From positions 656,948-720,947 of the forward strand of contig CAXXWJ010000002.1 in assembly GCA_963665835.2 (NCBI GenBank): DNA of 64,000 bases, written 5' to 3'. Both the position numbers and the translations under genes were made by a program. The notes under the pieces are model-generated. The model was not told the origin of the DNA. It made no database searches and was given only the letters and a program-made list of their open reading frames with translations. The DNA comes from Syntrophales bacterium. GTDB taxonomy: Bacteria > Desulfobacterota > Syntrophia > Syntrophales > UBA2210. Positions 39,775-47,269 of this stretch are shown piece by piece (the first letter of the stretch is position 1; the number at the start of each line of letters is the position of its first letter).

Positions 39775-40158
39775 GATTTGTAAAGCCCGTCGTGCCACTC
39801 CTCCAGAAAGCCTGTGTGATGTAGATCCTGGATAGGATATAAGTCACAGACCGCCATCTCTCCGGCAACAGCAATTTTGACAAGATCTCCCAGGCTTTTT
39901 TCCTTCATATCCAGCCTTAAACCGCAAAAAGCCTTCATTTAGCTAACTTAAACAATCTGCTAACCCTGGATTAGAACTTTAAGTAAGAATCAATAGAAAG
40001 GACCACATAGCTCACTTTCGAGCAGTGAATAAGACGTGGCTAAATTATTGCAAAAATGGGGGGTTATTGTCAAGAATGATAAAAAAGAATGCCCGTAAGA
40101 AAATTCACCGGGCATTGTACGTTTAATAGGGGTAATAGGGGGACACTTCCCATATTTT

Positions 40159-40501
40159 TTATGAACCCGCCTTCACGGGATTCGTTTCAATATACCGCGC
40201 CACTGCCCACAGATAGGTCGTTGGTATCCACAATTGTCGAGAAAAACCTGTTCTGCCACAGACGACCGCTTTGTAGGTGAGCTGAGCGAAGGTCATGCAA
40301 AGATACTGATCCCAGCAGGAAAAGCTGATCACATTGCGGTTTCCGTTGTATCGATCGACGCATTTTTGGAACTCGTATGTGGTGACAAAGTCCATCAACT
40401 GGGCAAAGACGGTTTTCCCGGAATTCATGCGCTGTCCCCTTTTTTATTGATAAAGGAGACTTGCACATCTGGGAAATAATTTTCAAATCGAAAAATGACA
40501 T
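40159..40501 (-). pseudogene. Chimeric remnant: IS4-family (DUF4372) transposase N-terminus joined to the C-terminal end of an IS200-like Y1 transposase
   Basis: MNSGKTVFAQLMDFVTTYEFQKCVDRYNGNRNV.SFSCWDQYLCMTFAQLTY is a typical IS4/DUF4372 N-terminus. It is followed in two frames by LWQNRFFSTIVD and YLWAVARYIETNPVKAG (Y1 transposase C-terminal motifs). Confidence 0.6.
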
Positions 40502-41917
40502 TTTGGGCTATAAATAATTATATTTTAGTAAGTTAAGGCATGTTCAAAAATCAACCTTGGGACAGCAGTGATATTTAAATAATCATTAAGCACCTATCTC
40601 TCCTCAAGTACGGCCTTCTCTCCTTTTTGTACGGCAACGCTCACTGTCGACAAGGATATCTCTAATCGCTTCGATACCTCTGTCATCGAAAACCCCAGTT
40701 CTCGAACAGCCCAGTAACAAAACAGGATACGCGCCTTCGTTACTTTGCGGGCCTTTGCAGGGCCAACGAGTTGTTCCGGACTTAGTGTTAAAATGCTTGC
40801 CACAACTCGTTGCAGACGATCCAAGCCTACCCCTTTAGACTTCAATACATATCTCCGGGTCATTTTTTCGTCTGCGTCTGCCAATACGCTCTCGATAAAA
40901 TCGCCGTTCCCCAAGATTCGTTCGTCGCTTTTTTGAAAACCGCCTGTTTCACGAAGCATCTTTACACCGACCCAGCCTCCGGTACTGCGAATCAGCCCGC
41001 CCCCAATCAATTCGGGTCGTCTGCCTTGATTAGCCCCTGTAGAGATATAGTCACGATAAACGCGTTTCGCTTGAAGGACATCTTTGCCGAAGAATGCTAA
41101 GACAGCCTCTGTCGATTGCCACTCCTTTTTATGCAACCCCATTATGACACTGTGCCCTGCATACGGATATTTATCCAGGGCACTGAGATCATCAAAAAGG
41201 CCAGCTCGCAATGGATTGAGATGAATATAACGCACCAATTCTTTCAGATAAGCGTCTTCCTGGCATAAAATGGATTTATAACGGTTCTGGAAAAGATGGC
41301 CGCTTCGCCGATGACGACGGTTATACCCCACGGCATAGCCGGTCAATAGCCTAAGTGTCGAGTGCCAAGACATCGATAACGATTTTTTGTGCCACGACAT
41401 CGCTGACACTCAACTGAGCTATCGCAGTTTGTAATCGAATTCCTCTACCTGTTTTTTGTCCAGGAAGAGTTTTAGTTTCTGCTCTTTGACATCGATAGTA
41501 GCCACCACGTATTCAAGCATGGTCTCTGGCGGAGCCGAGAAGCATTCTCCGAAGATATTCAATTTCAGGTTGCTGCGAATGAGGCGCACAACGTGATATT
41601 TGCCAATCTCCGGCTTTTTCATTCGATGCATGGGAGGCTCCTCTGCTTTTGGAAACCTCAATTTGACATTCGAGGCGGCAAGAGCTTTCAGCGGTGTATC
41701 ACCTTTGAGTTTGCTGTAGCGATACCTGCTGTTGTGCCGCTGTTCGAACGCAAGTGAGTTCAATTGCAGATCCCCTATGGACGCCATGATAACTTTGCCG
41801 AGAAATCTCTGTTGATAACGGTCGTTGAAGTTTTCAATCATTCCATTTCTCCACGGTTCGGCCATTGGTATGAACCAAGGCTCGATGTTGTGGTCAAGTA
41901 AAAACGGACAATTTGTT

Positions 41918-42733
41918 TTAAGCTGCTTTTCGGCATAGTTCTTTCTCATATTCGAACGGGGTTTTATAACCCAGCTTTGAATGCAGACGAATGGAATTAT
42001 AGTAGGAGATATAATCAAGTATCTGCATCTTTGCCGACTGTCTTGTAACAAACCTGTAATCTGACAACCGTTCCGACTTCAGACTGCGGAAATAACGTTC
42101 AGTCGGTGCATTATCCCAACAATTCCCCTTGCGGCTCATACTGGCTATCATCCCATACTGATTTAGCTTTTCCTGGTAATCATGGCATGCATACTGGCTT
42201 CCTCGATCTGAATGATGAAGCAGTCCTGATGGAGGCCTTCTGCGCCAGTATGCCATCGCCAGGGCATCCAGGGTAAGTTGCTTTTTCATTTCTTTGTCCA
42301 TGGCCCAGCCAACGATCTGGCGAGAATAAAGATCAAGTACCACAGCCAGATACAACCAGCCTTCAAAGGTCCAGACATAGGTTATGTCCGTTGTCCAACA
42401 TGTATTCGGTGTGGCGACATCGAATTCACGATCCAAAAGGTTGGCAGCTATTGGAAACGAATGCCGGCTCTCTGTCGTGGCCTTGTATCGCTTCGGGGCT
42501 TTGGTTTTAAGACCAAGTTTCCTCATTAAATTACGTACCCTGTACCGGCCAATCTGGTGACCTTCATTCTTTAACTGCTTGGTAATGCGACGGGAACCAT
42601 ATTTGCCGCGATGTTCTTTGAAAATGGCTCTAATCCCTGCCTTTAATGCAATCTCATCAGGATCATCAGATCTTGAGAGGCTATGGAGGTAATCGTAAAA
42701 TCTGCTCCGGCTGACTTCCATCACCTTACACAA
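41918..42733 (-). CDS. IS3 family transposase OrfB (DDE integrase core; expressed by -1 frameshift from orfA)
   Basis: WTTDITY...HSDRGSQY...GNCWDNAPTERYF DDE motifs. Confidence 0.85.
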   Translation of the reverse strand: MCKVMEVSRSRFYDYLHSLSRSDDPDEIALKAGIRAIFKEHRGKYGSRRITKQLKNEGHQIGRYRVRNLMRKLGLKTKAPKRYKATTESRHSFPIAANLLDREFDVATPNTCWTTDITYVWTFEGWLYLAVVLDLYSRQIVGWAMDKEMKKQLTLDALAMAYWRRRPPSGLLHHSDRGSQYACHDYQEKLNQYGMIASMSRKGNCWDNAPTERYFRSLKSERLSDYRFVTRQSAKMQILDYISYYNSIRLHSKLGYKTPFEYEKELCRKAA

Positions 42734-42780
42734 AACGGTGACAGGATAGGCCTTCTTCTCTTGCCGGATGAAGTCACACC

Positions 42781-43095
42781 TCAGTTCGACTCTTTCGCAA
42801 AGAAGGCCGCGGCTTTTTTTAATATTTCGCGCTCCATTTCAAGCCGCTTGTTTTCCTTTTTAAGTCGACAAATCTCGGCCTCCAGTTCCTTCCGGGGGAT
42901 ACCTCCTTCGCTAAGATCCTGCTGGTCTTGACGATATTGTCGCACCCAGCGGGAAACATTAGAAGCGGCAATACCAAGACGCCTGCCAACCTCAGGACAA
43001 CTATATTGCTGTTCAACTACCAACTTTACAGCGTCTTGCTTGAACTCACTTGTGTAATTCGGGCGCTTCCCTTTCTCCTTCATTGAACACCTCAC
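42781..43095 (-). CDS. IS3 family transposase OrfA
   Basis: HTH plus leucine-zipper region ...EFKQDAVKLV...EAEICRLKKENKRLEMEREILKKAAAFFAKES. Confidence 0.85.
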   Translation of the reverse strand: MRCSMKEKGKRPNYTSEFKQDAVKLVVEQQYSCPEVGRRLGIAASNVSRWVRQYRQDQQDLSEGGIPRKELEAEICRLKKENKRLEMEREILKKAAAFFAKESN

Positions 43096-44233
43096 TTTCT
43101 CTATTATTGCTCTTAGCAGGGTGTCCGTTATTATTAAACCACATCACGACACCGTTTTGCAGACAGAGTCGGATAAGGGGACCCATTCCACGTGGATGTG
43201 TCGGGCTTCCGAAGAAAGACATGGCATTATCAACTTGGACACGCTCTGGTATTCCCATCCGCTTCCATGCGCTCCAAAACCCGTCAAGGATCATTTGCCC
43301 TGACTTGGCAATGGAAGGATGCAGTCCACACCGGACCGTTGCCGTATCAACGATGTTCAGGCTGTAAAAACGAATCGGTCCCTTCAGATAGCACGGGCCA
43401 ACAAGATCAGCCTGATGGGTTTGGTTCGGCAATGTTGACGGCAGAACGGGATATGCCGTCCCTTTGGACTCATATTTGCCGGTTCGTCGATGTGTCAGTT
43501 CGTTCTTGGCGAGAATCCGGTTGATTGTCCTGATTGACGGCAACGGTTTGGCGCCAAGATCTTCTATCTCCCATAGGATTGCTTGAGCACCGCAGAACAA
43601 ACCCTGATTATAGAGATTGAGGCGAACCATCTTGACGATTTCTTCGATCTCTAATGGTGTCCGGTTTGGGATCACACGGGGGCGACGAGAACGATCCTCG
43701 CACCACGAGGCATCGCCCTCGCTATACCGCTTGAACCACTTGTACAGCCAGAACTTCGACTTGCCCAGCGACGCACATATTGATTCGGGACTTTCACCGT
43801 TTATAAATCGCTCCACGGCCAAGACCCGTTGCTGCTTGTTTTCCTTTTCCATGAACACCTCCGTATCTATTTTGGTGTTCACAGAATTACGTGATCGCTA
43901 TTCGATTGTCAGAGAACTTTGTTTGCTATGTGCTGGCACATTTTTCCGTTATCGATGTCTTGGCACTCAACACCTAAGCATTACTGCGGCAATCGGAGTA
44001 TTGCCAGTCTTCAGCAACAGATGCAAGTGATTAGGTATCAGCGCCCAAGCATAGCACTTAGTTCCAGTTTGCTCTACCAGCTTGCCGAGTCTTTGTAAAA
44101 AATCTTCACGATCCGCATTGTCTCGAAATATCTCGTTCCGCTCTATCCCCCTGGCGATAACATGGTGCAATGCACCCGGTGCGTCTATCCTGGCCTGTCT
44201 TGGCATGAATATCCTTCTATCATGCGCTCCAAA

Positions 44234-44271
44234 TTATCTAAATATAAACATCTAAAGGGCGTCCCCAAGTT
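44234..44271. repeat. 38-nt repeat TTATCTAAATATAAACATCTAAAGGGCGTCCCCAAGTT (copy 1)
   Basis: Identical 38-mer at 58361-58398. Here it lies just upstream of the Y1 transposase-like gene start. Confidence 0.85.
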
Positions 44272-44322
44272 ACAAGTTACCTGTCGAATTATGTGGTGTC
44301 CCCCGAATTATGCCCACTCTAG

Positions 44323-44535
44323 CTAAAAACAAAGAATATTTAAAAATAACATTGCTCCACAAATAAATAGAAATATTGAACATATGAGTATTAACCATCC
44401 ATATTTTTGGACTCTTTTTTTTCTAAAGGCTTCTTTGGTTTCCCCGTAGTTAAGACGTCCCATATAAAACAGTAAACAATAAATTGCAGTTCCAAAGAAA
44501 AATAAAGCTGTCAAAATGTCTGTTGTTGTTCTCAT
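44323..44535 (-). CDS. Small two-TM protein, putative immunity protein for the R1 toxin tip
   Basis: Start MRTTTD (ATG 44535) is 1 nt after the R1 stop codon (TGAtATG). Two hydrophobic helices. Confidence 0.6.
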   Translation of the reverse strand: MRTTTDILTALFFFGTAIYCLLFYMGRLNYGETKEAFRKKRVQKYGWLILICSIFLFICGAMLFLNILCF

Positions 44536-44536
44536 A

Positions 44537-46450
44537 TCACCTTCCAGTATCACTAGTTTGAGATTCAACGATTCCTACCGCAATATCTTTCATAATAACC
44601 CACGGATTAGGAATGTTTCCAGTATCACCACCTAGCCCGTATTCTATCAGCAGTAAACCTCCACCCTCAATCGTTATAACTATCGAAACTGAGATAACAA
44701 GCGGATTAGCTGTTAAAATTCCAGCGGTAAGTGATCCAAGACCTCCTGCGGTTCTTATCAAAGCGTTAGATCTACCTTTTGTCATTTTTGTTATCCCCGG
44801 ATGCTGATCACTATTATACCAGAGTTCAAATACGGAAGTCACGGCGCCTTGTCCAAATCCTGTTGAAAAGCTACCACCGTACATTGCATGAATAGTTCCC
44901 CCCGTAATGCCTCCGATTATCGCATGACCGGCAACTTCCGATCCGAAGGGAGTAAAGTCCCTGAAGTAGCTTCCCATACCGGCCGATATCCCACCGGTCG
45001 CGATACCAAGGCCAACATCTCCTCCGGTAATGGCGGCGTTGATACCTCCGGCAGTTGCTCCTGCAGCAATATGAATAGCCACCTGAGTACCTCTGGAAAC
45101 AACATAAGCAGCATCAGCCAACTGGCCAACATCCTGTAAATGTTGTATATATTCTCCAGCCCCGTAAAAAGCAGCCGCCGTAATAGTTGCTGTAACTCCC
45201 GCCTTTACAGAGTTTTCAAGGTTTTCCCCAAACAATAAATTACAACCAACAGTGCCGAGGGGACCTCCGTAGTAAAACGCCACTGCCCGAGCGCACATTC
45301 TGAAAAGTTCTGACTGCCATATATCAGTAAACACATCACCAAGGAAATCAAACCCGTTACTAAACCAATCTCTGGGATCTAAGGATATTAATCCGCTCGG
45401 ATCCACATACATCAAAGGACTGTTGATACAGTAGCTGTATCTATTAAGCGACTGCGGATTGAATGGTGCCTGTACAATGGGATCGGGTGAGATGAATCTT
45501 CCGATCATGGGGTCGTAGTATCTTGCGCCGTAGTTGTAGAGGCCTGTCTCGGGGTCGAGTTCCTGATCGGTGTATTTGTAGTTGGTCAGGGTGGCGCCGG
45601 AATGGGTTCTTGTTGTACCGAAGGGATTGTATTCGGTGGATTCCACGACACCACCGGATGACTCTGTAATAATCGTGGAGCTTCCCAGATGATCACTATG
45701 TAAAATATGGTAACCGGAGGTTGTAACTTTGGCTATACGAGTACCTCCGGCGAAGATGTATTTTGTGTATGTGCTGTCCTTTTTCTCGTAATGGGAACCT
45801 ATGTACCAGGTGGTGGAACCTCCCTGTATGGCCTTCTTAACCCTCGTGCCGCTGCCGTCGTATGTAAATGCGGAGGTTACGGTCGCTGTCTTCGTCCATA
45901 CGATACTGGTTGGTAGATTGTCGGCATTGTAGGTTATGGCACGGGTCGCTGTCTGCGTCGGATCGGTGAAGTCCGGCCCTGCGGTCATGTTGCCGTTTCC
46001 GTCGTATGTATATGCGTAGTTGTTCCCATTGAAGTTGATATTTGCTACGGCATGTTTGCGGGTAGTATCGTATGTATAGGCGTAGCTGTTGATACCATAT
46101 GTCTTGGACATGATGTTGCCGATGGCGTTGTATGTGTAGTTTATCGTGGGATAGGCACCATCGCTGGTCTCGGAGAGCAGCCGGTGGAGTTCATCGTAGG
46201 TGTAGTCGTAGGTTACATCGGTAATTATGTTATGTATCTCCTCGATGTCGCCTGCGGGTGTATAGCCGTAGCTCCAGTACTGTAGATCTCCCAGGATTGA
46301 GGTGGTACGTATGGAAGTGATCCTCATGGTGAAGGGATCATAGTAGCGGTAGTCGGTGGTTCCGTTTACGTGGCTGACCTGACCAACGGCACCGGAAGGT
46401 TTGTAATTGCTGTAATAGGCATAGACCCTTGAGTCGGATACGCCTTCCAC
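44537..46450 (-). CDS. Orphan Rhs/YD-repeat C-terminal cassette R1 with glycine-zipper-rich C-terminal domain
   Basis: YD repeats, GARYYDPMIGRFISPDPI, NSPLMYVDPSG demarcation (G at 45392-45394), then a unique 285-aa tip. The open frame and homology extend upstream to 46594; no SD-linked start. Confidence 0.85.
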   Translation of the reverse strand: MEGVSDSRVYAYYSNYKPSGAVGQVSHVNGTTDYRYYDPFTMRITSIRTTSILGDLQYWSYGYTPAGDIEEIHNIITDVTYDYTYDELHRLLSETSDGAYPTINYTYNAIGNIMSKTYGINSYAYTYDTTRKHAVANINFNGNNYAYTYDGNGNMTAGPDFTDPTQTATRAITYNADNLPTSIVWTKTATVTSAFTYDGSGTRVKKAIQGGSTTWYIGSHYEKKDSTYTKYIFAGGTRIAKVTTSGYHILHSDHLGSSTIITESSGGVVESTEYNPFGTTRTHSGATLTNYKYTDQELDPETGLYNYGARYYDPMIGRFISPDPIVQAPFNPQSLNRYSYCINSPLMYVDPSGLISLDPRDWFSNGFDFLGDVFTDIWQSELFRMCARAVAFYYGGPLGTVGCNLLFGENLENSVKAGVTATITAAAFYGAGEYIQHLQDVGQLADAAYVVSRGTQVAIHIAAGATAGGINAAITGGDVGLGIATGGISAGMGSYFRDFTPFGSEVAGHAIIGGITGGTIHAMYGGSFSTGFGQGAVTSVFELWYNSDQHPGITKMTKGRSNALIRTAGGLGSLTAGILTANPLVISVSIVITIEGGGLLLIEYGLGGDTGNIPNPWVIMKDIAVGIVESQTSDTGR

Positions 46451-46594
46451 CGTTTGCAGGAGCCCCGTTCCGGCATAATAGCTGTATGATACCTGGTATC
46501 CGTCGGGATAGGTGATCTGCGTGGTCTTTCCGGCCAGGTCATAGGTATTCTGGGTATCGTAGTTGGTGGCATCGCCGGTGATGGTCTTATTCCA

Positions 46595-46672
46595 CTATGT
46601 CAAAGAACTAAGGAAGAGCGTTTCCAATATCACGAGCATGAGTCAAGAGCAGACTTGACCCCTTGGGTTTTA
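46595..46672 (-). repeat. Conserved cassette leader, variant J1
   Basis: Minus strand: TAAAACCCAAGGGGTCAAGTCTGCTCTTGACTCATGCTCGTGATATTGGAAACGCTCTTCCTTAGTTCTTTGACATAG. The same block occurs at 53939-54016 and 62122-62201. Confidence 0.9.
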
Positions 46673-47248
46673 GAATACAGATCTACACAATTCGTATACC
46701 CATTTTCCATCTGACCAGTATAGATACCCGCAGTCATCGCTTTCAAGATTATAGGACATACCAATAGCATCAATATCGTTTTTGTGATTTATTACTCTTA
46801 TAATAGAAATACGATCCCTAAGAATTTTTGAAAGAAATTCCCTCACTATCTTGTTTTTTTGAATACTCAAAATTGCAATAAAACTATTTCCTTTTGTATC
46901 TGTTTCACCATCGTATTTGCCAACAAAAATAATATCTGCAAAACCATCTCTGTTAAAATCTCCTCTTAATACAAATGTGTAGCCCCCTTCTAAAAAAAGA
47001 GCTTCTTCATCATATGTTTTTAAATCTTCTAGGGACATAATTCTAGGATTTAACAATTCCGGGATAATTTTCGCCAAGATATCCTTATTTAAGGTAATAG
47101 GCTTATCTCCAGGTCTAATTTCTGTGGGAATTGAATTGTCCTCAATGATAATCTTTTCATATGATTGATTCCCAGCGCCAGCGAATGTATCGTTAGCAAT
47201 AAGAACAAGGATAAGACTTAACAGTAAAAAATAATTGATTTTTTTCAT
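46670..47248 (-). CDS. Secreted protein with FG-GAP-like Ca-binding motif, putative immunity to the M23 toxin tip of R2
   Basis: Signal peptide MKKINYFLLLSLILVLIANDTFA, DFNRDGFAD motif. Lies 21 nt downstream of the R2 stop. Confidence 0.6.
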   Translation of the reverse strand: MKKINYFLLLSLILVLIANDTFAGAGNQSYEKIIIEDNSIPTEIRPGDKPITLNKDILAKIIPELLNPRIMSLEDLKTYDEEALFLEGGYTFVLRGDFNRDGFADIIFVGKYDGETDTKGNSFIAILSIQKNKIVREFLSKILRDRISIIRVINHKNDIDAIGMSYNLESDDCGYLYWSDGKWVYELCRSVF

Positions 47249-47269
47249 TCCATTTCCCTACCTTTTGAA

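Larger units (their letters stand above)
41886..43146 (-). mobile_element. IS3-family insertion sequence (1261 bp)
   Basis: Terminal repeats TGTTGTGGTCAAGTAAAAACGGACA / TGTCCGTTATTATTAAACCACATCA (TG...CA). 3-bp target duplication CGA at 41883-41885 and 43147-43149. orfA/orfB with an A7 slippery run (plus-strand T7 at 42814-42820). Confidence 0.85.
41419..43882 (-). pseudogene. IS481-like DDE transposase split into two ORFs (43046-43882 and 41419-42051) by IS3
   Basis: The two ORFs together reproduce the intact 399-aa protein of 51363-52562; the break is at ...LQNGV/EPWFIPMAEPW. Confidence 0.85.
41356..43972 (-). mobile_element. IS481-like element (copy A), itself interrupted by an IS3 element
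   Basis: Ends TGTCGAGTGCCAAGACATCGATAACG / CGTTATCGATGTCTTGGCACTCAACA match copy B (51273-52625). 6-bp direct repeat CCTAAG at 41350-41355 and 43973-43978. 2617 bp = 1353 + 1261 + 3. Confidence 0.85.
40594..44206 (-). pseudogene. Y1 (HUH) transposase-like gene with C-terminal DnaA-type HTH, split by a nested IS insertion
   Basis: The N-terminal piece 43973-44206 (…PNHLHLLLKTGNTPIAAVMLR) and the C-terminal piece 40594-41355 (LLTGYAVGYNRRHRRSGHLFQNRYKS…) join in frame once 41356-43972 and one copy of the CCTAAG duplication are removed. Confidence 0.8.

Noticed and set aside
45707-46572. Plus- and minus-strand alternative-frame ORFs inside the Rhs cores. Examples: MVTGGCNFGYTSTSGEDVF..., MFAGSIVCIGVAVD..., MPPTTIPRIP.... 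They recur at 48461, 48806, 49120, 49493, 49924, 53194, 53709, 56290, 57650, 58024, 61216, 61579 and 61893.
   Set aside because: They recur only because the underlying DNA is repeated. They overlap the strongly supported YD-repeat frame, have biased low-complexity composition and no RBS.
46600-46672. TTGACA/TTGACT hexamers in the cassette leader, considered as sigma-70 -35 boxes for orphan expression.
   Set aside because: None is followed by a plausible -10 hexamer at 16-18 nt spacing, so no promoter is claimed.
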